Notes under the pieces: model-generated
What the model was told of the DNA's origin: nothing
Seen by the model: only the letters and a program-made list of their open reading frames with translations
Databases searched by the model: none
Translations under genes and position numbers: made by a program
Shown here: positions 39,389 through 51,632 of the stretch, piece by piece
How the letters are laid out: each line of letters opens with the position of its first letter
How positions within the stretch are numbered: position 1 is the stretch's first letter
Assembly: GCA_046563655.1 (NCBI GenBank)
Contig: CM102289.1
Span: 6,510,001 to 6,574,000, forward strand
DNA length: 64,000 nt
Direction: 5' to 3'
Source: Yuukianura sp. NJ FZ-2021
Taxonomy: Eukaryota

Positions 39389-40864
39389 ATGCTGCAATTT
39401 CAAAGCATTTTTGCCCTCTTGTTTCTGATACCGTATTGGAATTCGGCGCATGAGCAGTCACAACTAGTCACAATTCCAGTGGCAAAACTGTCAAGTTGTC
39501 TCAGACAGGGGAACGTGACCTTTGTATTGCGAAATCGACATTCTAAACTTTACGAAAAGTTAAATTACCAGTGGAATACTTTCAACTACATTGAACCCCT
39601 GGGCTATATTGTTCCAGAAAATACCGCGCAGGTTCAAGTAGCTGTGACATGTACAAGAACCCTTGACTTCCATATTGCTATTAAAAGTGGGGGACACTCC
39701 TATGAAAAATATTCCTTTGGAAATGGCAGCTCAGTGGTCATTGACCTCCAGAAATTCAACTTTGTTGAGGTCAATCGGAAGAAGTCAACTGCCTACGTTG
39801 GTCCAGGAGTGCTCGCAGGTCAACTTGAATATCAACTTTGGAAAGATGGTAACTACGTACTTCCAGCTGCAGTATGCATTTCTGTTGGTTTTGGCGGAGC
39901 AACGCTTGGCGGAGGGCTGAGTTGGTTATCTAAAAAGTTTGGAATGACAACCGACAACGTTTTAGAATTTGAAATGGTAACAGCAGACGGACAAATTTTG
40001 ACAGTCAATTCCTATCAAAATCAAGATTTGTTTTGGGCCCTGCGCGGAGGAGGTGGTGGAAACTTTGGAATTGTAACAAATTTTAAACTTCGAATTTTTG
40101 ATGCAAGTGGGTTGCATTACAAATTGATCGTCTTGCGTTACCCTTTGAGAGAAGCTGGCACAGTAGTTGACGCTATTCAAAAATTTTGTTTGAAATATGT
40201 GAACAGAACAACTTTTCTATTTGCTGTTTTCAATGAAACTGGCATCGTTGTGCAACTGTTGGGTTTTAATTTGTCTCGTCGTAATGCAAATAAACTTATT
40301 CGAGAATTTCCAGAGCCTGCAGCAACTTTAGTTAATAGGTTTTCAACTCTTCCGGAATTGGCTGTCTTTTTTCCAATTTCAACCAAAATAACTAAAGTAT
40401 CTGAATTGAAGGATCCGTCTAACTTAAGAGAAGTTCCAAATTTCAAAAAAGTCAAGTCATACTATGTCAACAGAGTAGTTGAAAGTGCTACAATTCAAAA
40501 GCTGGGAAGCGTTTTAGGTCGTATACCCCCAACCTTCCACGTATACATAATCTCTTATGGAGGAGCAATCAACCACATTCCGAAACACAAAACGGCTTTT
40601 GTACACCGCAACTCTATCTACAATGTTGAGCTCAAAATTGGTTCAAATGATTCCGCCAAAATGTCTTGGGTGAAGGACTTTGACGCGGCAATTTCAAATG
40701 TAGAAAATTGTGAAAGTTATCAAAATATGGTCGACGCAACACTTCCAGACTACTTGCAGCGATATTATGGATCGAACCTGTATCGCCTCCGTGAAATCAA
40801 AACCAAGTACGATCCGACCAACTTCTTCAATTTCCCGCAATCCATTCCACCACTTAAAATCTAA
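39389..40864 (+). CDS. Intronless secreted FAD-linked oxidoreductase (berberine bridge enzyme/AA7-like) 1
   Basis: IKSGGHSYE (FAD-linking His), AVCISVGFGG (second-linkage Cys), DLFWALRGGGGGNFGIVT, C-terminal BBE motif YYGSNLYRLREIKTKYDPTNFF.FPQSIP. Confidence 0.92.
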   Translation: MLQFQSIFALLFLIPYWNSAHEQSQLVTIPVAKLSSCLRQGNVTFVLRNRHSKLYEKLNYQWNTFNYIEPLGYIVPENTAQVQVAVTCTRTLDFHIAIKSGGHSYEKYSFGNGSSVVIDLQKFNFVEVNRKKSTAYVGPGVLAGQLEYQLWKDGNYVLPAAVCISVGFGGATLGGGLSWLSKKFGMTTDNVLEFEMVTADGQILTVNSYQNQDLFWALRGGGGGNFGIVTNFKLRIFDASGLHYKLIVLRYPLREAGTVVDAIQKFCLKYVNRTTFLFAVFNETGIVVQLLGFNLSRRNANKLIREFPEPAATLVNRFSTLPELAVFFPISTKITKVSELKDPSNLREVPNFKKVKSYYVNRVVESATIQKLGSVLGRIPPTFHVYIISYGGAINHIPKHKTAFVHRNSIYNVELKIGSNDSAKMSWVKDFDAAISNVENCESYQNMVDATLPDYLQRYYGSNLYRLREIKTKYDPTNFFNFPQSIPPLKI

Positions 40865-41194
40865 ACTTGCCAAGCATCATTGATAATTCTTGTATGCTAA
40901 CATTGGCTCGGTAAGAAGTTTCCAAACAGTTACTAGTGATAAAAAAATTACCTTATAATTCATAAAATAAAGGTTTCAAAGTTTCAAAAGTGATTTTGCA
41001 CATAGATCATTGTACCAAACATGTGGAAAACTTTTTCATATTAAGTTTCAAATTCAAACTGTCAATAAGAAGAACAATATGTCATAAATTAATACTCTGT
41101 GCCCATGAATTTTCTTTAAAAAAAAAGCAACCTAAAAAGCCAGGAACAGAAATTTGAAAACCATACGGCAGCAAGTTTTAAACGATTCAGTACC

Positions 41195-42706
41195 ATGTTA
41201 GTTAAAATGTTACTTTTTCAAAATCTTTTAAAAATGTTAGTGGTAGCACCGGACTTGCCTATTGCAGTCGCTGGGTTGCTGCAACGCCTAACCTTAGTGC
41301 AACTATCTACTTGCCTAAAGTTGGCTCAAGTGACATTTGTACCGCGAGATTCAAATTCCGTAAATTACAAAAAATTAAACTACCAGTGGAATACTTTCAA
41401 CTACATTGAACCTATGGGCTACATAGTTCCAGAAAACACCGTACAGGTTCAAGCAACGGTCCTATGTACAAGGAAGCTCAATGTTTCAATTGCAATCAAA
41501 AGTGGTGGACATTCTTATGAGAAATATTCATTCGGAGATGGTAACTCTGTGGTCATTGACCTCCAGAAACTGAATACTGTCAAGGTCAACCCAAGAAGGT
41601 CAACTGCAAAAGTTGGGGCAGGAGTGCTTGGAGCTCAGCTGAGCTACTACATTTGGAAAAATGGAAACTTTGTAACACCAACTGGAATGTGCATCTCCGT
41701 AAGTTATGGCGGAGTAGCTTTAGGTGGTGGATACAGTTGGTTGTCTCCAAAGTTTGGAATGGTGGCTGACAGTCTATTGGGAATGGAAGTTGTAACAGCA
41801 GCGGGAGCCATTTTGAGAGTCGATTCCCGCCAAAATCAAGATTTGTTTTGGGCACTACGCGGAGGTGGCGGAAACTTTGGAATTGTAACGAATTTTAAAA
41901 CTAGAATATTTAATGCCGCCGATCTTCGCTACACCATTGTTGTGCTGAAATATCCTTTAACCCAAACCAGTGCACTATTTGATGCTATGCAAAAGTTTTG
42001 TATGAAGTACCAGAGGAAATCCGTTGCGCTTATTGGAGGAGTACTGAATACTGGAATTATTATTTGGCTTTTTGATACGAACTTATCTCAAGACGATATG
42101 CGTCAATACATTCAAGAATTCCCACCACCTTCATCGCAATCTGTCAACACATTTTCCACTTTTCCAGAAGTTGTGCTCTATTATCCTGTTTCAGTTAATG
42201 TGTCCAAAGTTTCAGATCTAAAGGATGCTTCCCGCTTAGTAGCTGTCCCGGTTACGGAAAAGGTAAAATCTTACTATGTCCGAAAAGTTGTTGGAAACAA
42301 TGCGATTCAAAATTTGAGTAATGTTTTGGCGCGTATTCCCCCAAGCTACGAATTCTACATTCTCTCCAACGCCGGTGCGATCAACAAAATTCCAAAAAGT
42401 GAAACAGCTTTTGTGCATCGCAATGCCATCTACTACATTGAAGTAAAGATTTTTCCGGATCGGCGAGGAGGAATGGCTCCTTCTTGGAACAAGGACTTTC
42501 AAGCGGCAATTTCAAATGTGGAAGATGGTGAAAGTTTTCAAAACATGATTGATGGAACACTTCCCGACTATTTGCAACGCTACTACGCATCAAATCTTCA
42601 ACGCCTGCGTCGAATCAAAACCAAATACGATCCAACCAATTACTTCAATTATCCTCAGTCGATTCCGCCGCTTAAGATTTCCCGCGGGAAAGAAATCTTT
42701 CTTTAA
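41195..42706 (+). CDS. Intronless FAD-linked oxidoreductase (BBE/AA7-like) 2, tandem paralog
   Basis: Same motifs: IKSGGHSYE, GMCISVSYGG, LFWALRGGGGNFGIVT, KTKYDPTNYFNYPQSIP. Confidence 0.92.
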   Translation: MLVKMLLFQNLLKMLVVAPDLPIAVAGLLQRLTLVQLSTCLKLAQVTFVPRDSNSVNYKKLNYQWNTFNYIEPMGYIVPENTVQVQATVLCTRKLNVSIAIKSGGHSYEKYSFGDGNSVVIDLQKLNTVKVNPRRSTAKVGAGVLGAQLSYYIWKNGNFVTPTGMCISVSYGGVALGGGYSWLSPKFGMVADSLLGMEVVTAAGAILRVDSRQNQDLFWALRGGGGNFGIVTNFKTRIFNAADLRYTIVVLKYPLTQTSALFDAMQKFCMKYQRKSVALIGGVLNTGIIIWLFDTNLSQDDMRQYIQEFPPPSSQSVNTFSTFPEVVLYYPVSVNVSKVSDLKDASRLVAVPVTEKVKSYYVRKVVGNNAIQNLSNVLARIPPSYEFYILSNAGAINKIPKSETAFVHRNAIYYIEVKIFPDRRGGMAPSWNKDFQAAISNVEDGESFQNMIDGTLPDYLQRYYASNLQRLRRIKTKYDPTNYFNYPQSIPPLKISRGKEIFL

Positions 42707-42858
42707 ATTTGACTTTACATTCATCTCTACCTTGGATTCCGGGATTCATAATTTTTTTTTTGCTTTTTGAAAAATTATATACCTTATTGGTTACTTTACT
42801 TTAATTGGTGTAGTACTGCGCATGTTTCTGAATTAAAAAAATTATATTACTTTTAAAA

Positions 42859-44552
42859 TTATATTGGCCATACGATATCTTCAATCCATTGGATATATGA
42901 CTGAACGTTGGTATAAATCCCTGGTTGATAGCCACAAACACGAGCGCCGAACGATGTTACGCCGACGATGTAATAAAGACATGGAATTTTGGTGTCGCTT
43001 ATAACCAACGGTCCACCGCTGTCACCCTGCAAATGTAAAAATTCATTAAAAATAAAAATTTGGAAAAAAAATTACTAGGTTTGTTCCTAACACTGCAAGT
43101 ATCTTTTCCACGAGTTGTTGATCCAGCACAAATTTGACTCCGAATAATTCCCTGTGGGTACCTGTAAAATTTAAGCTTGAAATTTGGTCTTTGACTTTTC
43201 AAAAATTTAGCTAATTTTTACTTTAAGCGTCGTTCTGCATCATTGTTATAGTAATTGTTGCAGTCAGTTGTGCTAAATCGTGTTAAGTTAACGACTTGAA
43301 GCACTTCACTTTGCTCTCCAAGTCCCACTCGACCCCACCCTGTCGTCGACATATTGTCAACCAGTTCTGGGCGAAGAATAGCCTGAGGAAGGCATGCTGG
43401 ACGAATTGCTTGTGAAAATTTCACTGGCTTTTCTAGTCGAATCAGCGCAAGGTCGTTGTACTTTCTGGGGCGATGGTACTCTGGATGAATTAAAATTTGA
43501 CTTATTTTGGTAACTGTTCGGCGTGGATCATTAGATGCAGCTTCAGTCATGTGTATGTCACCAAGCAGTACATAAGTAGGCTTCCTGTTTAAATTCAAAT
43601 ACTTTTTTTTCCCCAGAAATTTCGTACAATTGATTGAAAACTATGTTTTTGAAAAGCTTACGCTCCTGGTGTGACACAGTGCGCAGCCGTTAGCACAAAG
43701 TTGTCACTGATGAGAGTTCCACCACACTGCCATGTTAGTTCCGCTTTGCTTGATCCATATCCTAGACCTACCTGCGGAACATTAAAAAAATTAAATTCCA
43801 ATGGGAATTTTAACGTCAACTTCAAACATAAAAGCGGAAAAATTTAACTTCACACCATGTGCGGATATTCTTCTTCGCGGGCATTTCTTCCCCCAACGAT
43901 AAATCCTATACTACGTGAAAGAGCGGAGCATTTGACCTCTTTGACCCCATAGTCGACCTTGTCCAAAGCTTCGAGTGGTAAAAATGGAACAGCAGTATAA
44001 GTATTTTCCAGTAGTAACTTTTTGTATTCCTCACATTCTAAAAAACGGTAACAAAAGAGAGATATTCTTTAAAAGCAAACTACCAATTCTGTGTTACACG
44101 CGTTTAGTTTCTTACTAGTTTCACTAATTCTTGGTTTGGTCGGACAACACACAACGGCCTTCCCTTGGACCTAAATTTGGACTTGTTTTAATTTCAATAA
44201 TTTCAAATTCAAATTTTAAAGTAAATGTTAAATTGTAAAGTATGCTAAGCATAAGAGTAGACCAAAGATGTTAACTGTTCAATTATTACTTGAGCTTGAC
44301 AAAGTGTTGGATTGACGCCTGCTCGTAAGTCAGAAATTGCTGAGGGACAATTTCGCAAAAGTTTGCAAGTTCCGTCTTCTCTTCGTTTAGATTCAGTTTT
44401 ACAAGGGCTATCTAGAGGACCAACAGAACAACATTTTCTTTCTAGAAGTGTCAAAAATTAGTTGAAGAAATCTTACCTGCTTGACCAAACACTTGACCTA
44501 GGACAACAATCAACAAAAGTAAGGAAATAAGTATTTGAACTCTGTGATTCAT
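42859..44552 (-). CDS. CLIP-domain serine protease (snake/persephone-like)
   Basis: Signal peptide [19 protein letters not shown]. Clip cysteines CKTE…[12 protein letters not shown]…PTLC…AVVCCP. Activation site [35 protein letters not shown]. Confidence 0.9.
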
Positions 44553-45315
44553 TTCAAAATCCGACTCCCTGAACAGGATTAACACAAATGACAAATTTTC
44601 GTGCTAAGAAGTATGTGCTCTCTCAAACTCAAAGTCGATAGGTAGCTGTTGAAACGTGTCTTTTTGAAAAACGCGGCAATTTCAGCACCGTTGAGTTAAA
44701 ATTATTTGTGGAATTGTCTAGGAAGGTACGAAAGTTATTTTTAAAAAACGGGGCAACAAAGCCATGGCCTTCACTTTCATGTTTTTTAGTCTTTCTTCAC
44801 ACTAAACAGGTTTTTAAAAGTCACATTTGTATTGTAGCTATCGATAAGTTCAAAAAAAAGCATTGCTTAGTCACTTACATTAGATTTAGAACCTTTATTG
44901 GTGGATATCGTTCTTTTAAGCTAGAAACTTGGAAAACGATTGCAATTTCACCTGTGGTGGAAATTCCATAATAATTATAACTCAAAATATTTTTTCAGGT
45001 TAAGGTCCAAATTTGCATAAAATAAAGAGTATATTGCTGAAGTTGAATAGTTAAGCTTTTGTTTTTGCTAAGATTTGCAACTGTTTTTTTTACTAAGTTA
45101 TGGGTCAGTAATTCCCACAGTGCGACGGGTTTAGAAAAAAAAGGAGAATATTTACCCATGAATGCCTTGTCCAGTGTACATATTGCAAAAAAAACTAGTT
45201 TTAATTAAATTTATAGTACAACTATACCTAAAATTTCTGCACTCCTATCCAGAGTGTAGCATTTCATTTATTCAATTCATTTTGTTTCATTTGTCGCATA
45301 CGTTTCCCTTACATT

Positions 45316-46277
45316 ATGCAGTTTCAAGTTCACCTTCGTCTCAAATTGGAAGTATTTTTTATACTCGTAATTGTACTAGTAGTGAATGTTTGGGTCAGTT
45401 GTGGCAATGAAGTGATTCCGCCTGATTGTTGCAATCCAGCAGAAGCCGAAATCAAATTTTTGGACGGAAGTGGCGGTGGTCAAGATGTCGCATGCTCATG
45501 CGCGGAAACTTTAACTTCGCAGCGTTTCACTGGTGTAGCTACCAAAGGCGGATTTCTGTGCTGTGAAATAGGTTATATGCTTTTTAAACAGTTCAATGAT
45601 TCTTTTTAAATTTTAAAATGTATAATTCTGAATTTAGGAAACATAACAGATGAAACGGAGACACTTCGATTAGTATTCTTCTTCTCAGTGTCTCGTATGA
45701 TAGAAATGGGAAATATACTAACCAATACTGACTGTGGATTAGCAACAATTTGTATGGTAAGCTGTGTCGATGTACTTCAACGTCGAAAGCCAGACAATAG
45801 CGAACCTGCAACATCGATGGGTAGTCCAGCACGTGCTGGAATGTATGTGGCAGCGTGGCAGTTGGGATACAATGCATCAGAAAAACAAGGTACTACGGAA
45901 TTAAACTGTTCACAACGCTGTTTGGATGCAGCCTCTCGAAATTGCAAATCAGTCAATCCGGTTGCAAAATTTTGGATTCGGATGTTCCCGGTTATTTATA
46001 ATTTCCATATCTTTGGAACTGCAGTTTATACTCAAACGTGGAAAGTTATGACCATGGTTCAGGCGGTAGGATTGCCGGTGTACCGATTCATACGATTTGT
46101 GTTAGCATTAATACTACAAAGTTTTCGATGAAATCTAAATACAATACCTCTTTTTCCGTCCACTTTCGACGACAAAGTTTAAAACAAGTCAATCCGTTTT
46201 CTAATCACTTTAGAAGCTGCCACAAAAGCACAAGCACCCCTCAACACAAAAAGTCTAATAATACTTTGATTAAGTAG
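45316..46277 (+). CDS. Secreted Cys-rich protein, possibly PAN/apple-like and frameshifted; model uncertain
   Basis: Hydrophobic N-terminus and Cys-rich exon 1, intron ~45572-45649. LNCSQRCLDAASRNCKSVN lies in one frame and WNCSLYS in another. Confidence 0.35.
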
Positions 46278-47094
46278 AGGTTTTCTAAACATTTTTCTTA
46301 TTGTAAACCTGGACTAAATTCAAAAATAAAATGTTTGTATTTCACATGAAAAAAATCATATTTCATATCTTCATTTCGTTGAGAAAAAGCTTCACTTCAT
46401 CTTTCTGAGTGACCGTGTTACTTAAAAACTTGTAGAATAAAGTTTCGTCGGAATCCTCAAAATGTCATCAAGCGGAGGGACAGCAACATACAGGGTGAGC
46501 GACAGTAATACCATTAATAATACGCCGTATGTTAAGTCACGAAACAAAAATGGAATGCACAACACGGAAGTTGTCTACTTCCGGTGAAGCCTCAAGCGGA
46601 TTAGTCACCACCAGTTCATGCAACTAAATCAAAAATTAGCTAAACCAAAACCGTACTTTTTTAATGCAAAACGAAACTGTCCAGTACAGAGGTGTTGACT
46701 TTTTCAATCCGTACTTTTCAAATACTGTAGCAACTTAAAACAACGTTTAAGGCATTTCGGGAATTTTGAAAACTTGACAAATATATTTAAGTTTTATGTT
46801 TAGTGAGTTTTGAGAAAATCACAACTTAAAAATCAATTTGTAAAAATCGGTGAAAAAGGGGTATGAACTAAACTTGGAACTTTTGACAAAAAAAGTTGCG
46901 TGCGCATTTTTATTGATTTTTCAGGATTTAACATAAACTTCCTGCTTTCACCCTTCGACTTCCCATCGGTTCTAGGGATCCCGGCTTGTATTTTCTCTTT
47001 AGACTTTCTATATTTTGCCCAAAAAAAAATTAACTTGATTTCTTAATTGATTTATACCTTGATTAGCTATTTGAAACCTCAAAGCATTAAGGTT

Positions 47095-48857
47095 ATGGGT
47101 CAACTCTGGAGTTTATTGTTCAACACGAATCATTCAATCAACCAATCAACCAATTTTTCTCAACACAATCCTCAAAGTAACCATGTTGTGGAATTTGAAA
47201 ATTTGCCGGTGCCATTAGCTCTTCGGAATCCATACGTGCTCGAAACAGTGTTTTCATATTTGGATCTCAAATCGTTGAAATCTGCGAAACTTGTTTCAAA
47301 ATTTTGGACAAAAGAGGCTTGCCGAGCTTTTCGATCGAAAATATTCATTCGACATTTTCCGGGGGCCAAAACAGAGTTCGGCACAGTTTCGCAGTTTATT
47401 ACCGCAAATAGTTTGGCCCAAGATCACGCACTCCTCATCTCATTGCTCAATTTTCCATGGCATTCAGAAGGAGAGTCATATGGAAACGTGCCATATCGAA
47501 AGTTGTCTCCTCAAGAAATCTACTTCCAGCAAAACAGTATCACCTACGCAGAGGAAATAACAGCAGTTATTAAAAGAATGTCGGATACTGGCGCAATATT
47601 GACTGAACTTCGGCTCGAAATGGCGTTAGTGAATGAAGTTGACGCTAAACTTTTGGTTGAGATGCTCACTGCGTCTCCCAGTCTGCGTAGATTGGCTCTG
47701 GATTTTATCCGAGCAACAAATGAAGCTTGCCAAGCCATTCCACTTGACTCTTTCCAGTGTTTGCAGCGATTGGAAACGTTTTCTTTTGGAGTTCAATATG
47801 TTGAAGACATCATTGAAGAAGCAGTCAGCAAAGAAAGTTATCTTCATTTGATGAAGTTGTTTGCACAAGTCAAATATCTTGACTTGGAACTGTGGCATCA
47901 GTATTACTCCAGGCGAAGTGACAGATGTTTTCAAAAGTACTGCCTTGAAGCACTGAGTTCTGAAACTAGAACTACTGGAAGTACATTTTCAAATTTGGAG
48001 GGAATCCGCCTCAACAAAGCTTCTACTGCCCCACTTTTATTGGCTTTCCCTAGGAAATTGAATGTTTTCAGTCTGAGAACTAATACTGACGAGTGGGATT
48101 TGATGGAATTCCTTGGTTTACATTGCGAAACGCTCGAAATTTTGGAGCTCAGCATTGGACGGTTATTTTTTCAAGAAGATTATGTACGCGATCTAGGTGA
48201 CGGTTCTGGCTCATTTCCAAGTCTTAGGTGCTTGAACTATCAAGTTTTTAATCCTGTGGAACCAGACGAGTTCTTTGAGGATCTGGCAGATCCACTCAAT
48301 TTAAGAACTGCAATTTTGGTACAATTATATAATATCAGTATTATGTATTATTACTGTAAGTATATAAATCCATTATGTGAAATATTTATTTTCAGCGGGG
48401 GGAGTTTTCCAAATGGAATCCATCACTGGCGGAACTTGCCATTGTCTTAGTCTTTCCAGACACGGATAAGTATTTCAACTACATTTTTCCAGAATTCACC
48501 ACGGACGGTTCATACGTTCAAATCAATCAACTGAAGTATTTGGGAATTAATTTCATTGGCGACTGCAATTCCGAATTGGTCATGCGCCTTCATCGCCAAT
48601 TTCCAAATTTGGAAACCTTGAGACATTTTAAAGAAGAACCAAAAAATGAAAAGACCAAAGGTTGGTGGAGGACAAGAAAGAGACATTTCGTAATTTGTGA
48701 ACATTTTCTACGTAGGCATGGAGGTCATGCGCAGAAGTATTGCAAATACACAAAAAGTTTTGAAACAGAGAGGGAATGGATAGGAATGCCCTCATATTTT
48801 AATATTTTGTCGGATATGGCGAAATATTTGTTCCAAGACAAACACTTCTTTTGGTAA
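47095..48857 (+). CDS. F-box protein with LRR-like C-terminal region, copy 1 (2 exons)
   Basis: MGQLWS start; F-box-like ALRNPYVLETVFSYLDLKSLKSAKLVSKFW; intron 48319-48395; LxxLxL repeats. Confidence 0.82.
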
Positions 48858-49053
48858 TAATAATAAAAGCCAGTTTAGAAATGTGTAATTTTAAATTTAA
48901 TTTATTTTTTAGGTTTACATGCCTAAAAATGCCACTAAAAAGTTGATTTTGCAACTTCTAAAAGTACACTAAAAGACAAACTATGATAACGCTAATAGTG
49001 ATAACGCTAACGTTTCTGCAAGAGCCACGAAGAATTTTATGTACGTTTGAATT

Positions 49054-51319
49054 TTAAGTAACGGGGAGATCCATTATGATTTGGCGGGAAATTTTTCCAG
49101 TTTTACCTTTTGGTAGTTCAGGTAAAATGTAGAGACCGCCCCTCAAATGCTTGTAGTTTGCCATCTTTCCTGTAAAAATCCAAAAATAAGCCCATAAATT
49201 GATTTTGAAAATTTGCACGATTTGTTTATGAATTTGCAGTTTTGTATAATTTCTTTGGTTAACCGTTTGCAAATTGACGAATTTGTTCTGCAGTTGCCGC
49301 TATACCTTCTCTGGATTTCTTGAGGGTGACGAATGCCCGTGGAATTCTATCGCCACCATCAGGATCCGGTACGCCAACGACGCAAACTTCTGCTACGTCT
49401 GGATGTGAAGCAATGACGTCCTCTAGCTCAGTTGGTGAAACCTAAGTAAGAAAAAAGCAAAGTAAAAGGGAATTTCATATTGTCATTTCAGAAAAAAATA
49501 AAATCGACTAACATGGTTGCCGAAATATTTGAAAATCTCTTTGATCCGATCTACCAGGAACAAAAAATGATTTTCAGCATAGTAGCCAAGGTCTCCAGTC
49601 AAAAACCATCCGTCCACAAATGCTTTAGCAGTAGCCTTTTGTACAAAATTAAATTTCCAAACAAACAATCAGAAAAATGTATATTTTTTTTGGTAAAAAC
49701 TCATATGAATACTTCGGGGTTTTTGTAGTATTTGAAAAATAAAGTAGGAGCTTTGACACAAATTTCTCCGCGTTGACCTGGGCCCAGAATTTGACCCGTT
49801 TCTGGGTCACGTATTTGAAGTTCAATTCCGGGCGTCACTTTTCCAATTGAAAATGGAGGCATATCTGAAATTTTGAAACTAACATTCAAAAATATCGCTC
49901 CACTTAAAATTAAGAGTTCAAAAAAGTGTCAAATGTTAACTTGTTTCAGCCAAGTATTTTTACCGGGATATTTGAGCGGCAATTTTGAACCTACGACGTT
50001 CCCAGAGCTAATCGGACAAACCTCCGTGAGACCATATATCTGAAAACAAAAATTTCAAAAAATAAATTTCGAAAAAATACGTTTTTGAAAATAATTTCTA
50101 AGAGTAATTTTACAATTAGGACAGCTTTCATGTTAGGTAACTTCATAATGGTAGCTTCAATAGCTGGCGTGATTGGTGCGCCCCCTGTTGAAGCATATTC
50201 GAGACTCGTAAGGTCATAATTCTTAGCTTGAGGGTCGTTGACCAACTGAAGCAAAAACGTGGGAAATCCAAAGATCAATCCTGGTTTGAACTTGTCAACA
50301 GCTCGGAAAATGTTTTCTTTTGAAATTCGCGGCATCGTTAAACAAGTAGCGCCACTCAACATACAACCCAACGGAAACATGGATCCTGAGATATGTGTTC
50401 CCTTGGACGCCATTAATGTAGGTTTGTCCGTCGGAAGTGGCATGTAGAATTGCAGCGACAGAATTTGATGTAGCAGGCTTCTGTGTGTATGTACAGCGCC
50501 CTTGCTCTTCCCCGTAGTTCCACTTGTGCATAAAATCATCGCAATGTCATTCTCCGACAATTTCGAAGGCGGGACTTCTAAAATTCAAAATTTTCAAAAA
50601 ATTGGCAGAGTTGCCAGCGTCATTTTTTAAGGCGTATCCTTACGAGTTCCATCGTCCTCAAATATGTCTTCCACGGTTGCGCATGTGCCAAAGTCACCTT
50701 TGTCGCCAATGACAATGACTTCTACGTCCCAATAAATTTGAGAAGCAACACTGAGACACATTTTGAACGTGTCCGGTTCACATAGAATCCAACCTGCACG
50801 TGACTCTTCAACTCGATCAAGCAGTGTTTCTTAAAAATGCCAAAATTCAAAATCATAAATCTTTTACTTTAAATGTCTTTTTTTAATTTCAAAAACCTTC
50901 GTCATCTTCTGGATACGACGCTCGAACAATTCCATTTGCTCTCCACACGCCCAAAAATATTATGTGAATATGGACCATGTCATAGGGCATATAAATCAAC
51001 GTGTCACCTTTCCGCATTCCATGTTTGTAAAAGTAACTGGCAACACGAGCTGTCAATTCTTCAATTTCGTCATAAAAGTGACTTCGACCACTGACAACGT
51101 CAATCTACAAAAATGATTCTCAAGATTGTTTAAATCAGGATTAAAAAGCTTAAAGTAAAGTAATATCTGGTTTCAAAATTTTGTACTAACAATAAACGTT
51201 TCTTTTCCATTTAGCTTATGTTCTTTTACACGTTCAAGAAGATACTCTGGAACTGTTTGCTTATTGATACATTCCACTAAATTTTCAAATTTAAAGTCGC
51301 TCGAAATGGTATTCTCCAT
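49054..51319 (-). CDS. 4-coumarate-CoA ligase/luciferase-like acyl-CoA synthetase (ANL superfamily)
   Basis: AMP-binding ILCTSGTTGKSKG, TGGAP, YGLTE, TGDLGYY, DRIKEIFKY, ELPKGKTGKI; multi-exon. Confidence 0.92.
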
Positions 51320-51632
51320 AGCCAGAACTGTTTATGCCAAAACTTTGTTCTTCGCTCCATAACTTATAATGTCCAAAACGACAGTAATTGACGAGATAAC
51401 TTAATTGACAAGACATGCAATCCGTTATGAAAAGGAGCTCAGTAACTTTAATCAATCATTCTTATAAGATACACAACTGTCTCGGAGTTCATTAACAATG
51501 TCATTTTTGGGCGTCAAAATCAAACATCAAATTGACTTGAAAAAGACGAATTGATTTTTTTACGCGTATCAGTAAGGCTTTTCTTTATTTATAAATTAGC
51601 AACTTATGCATGGAAGGCACTGCATTGAAGTT

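Noticed and set aside
39389..42706. Bacterial contamination as the source of the intronless enzymes
   Set aside because: They are flanked by intron-rich animal genes with similar AT-rich composition and show no operon-like organisation; read-level confirmation is still advisable.
46488..46530. TACAGGGTG, resembling a Tc1/mariner terminus
   Set aside because: No convincing matching inverted end or TSD found nearby.
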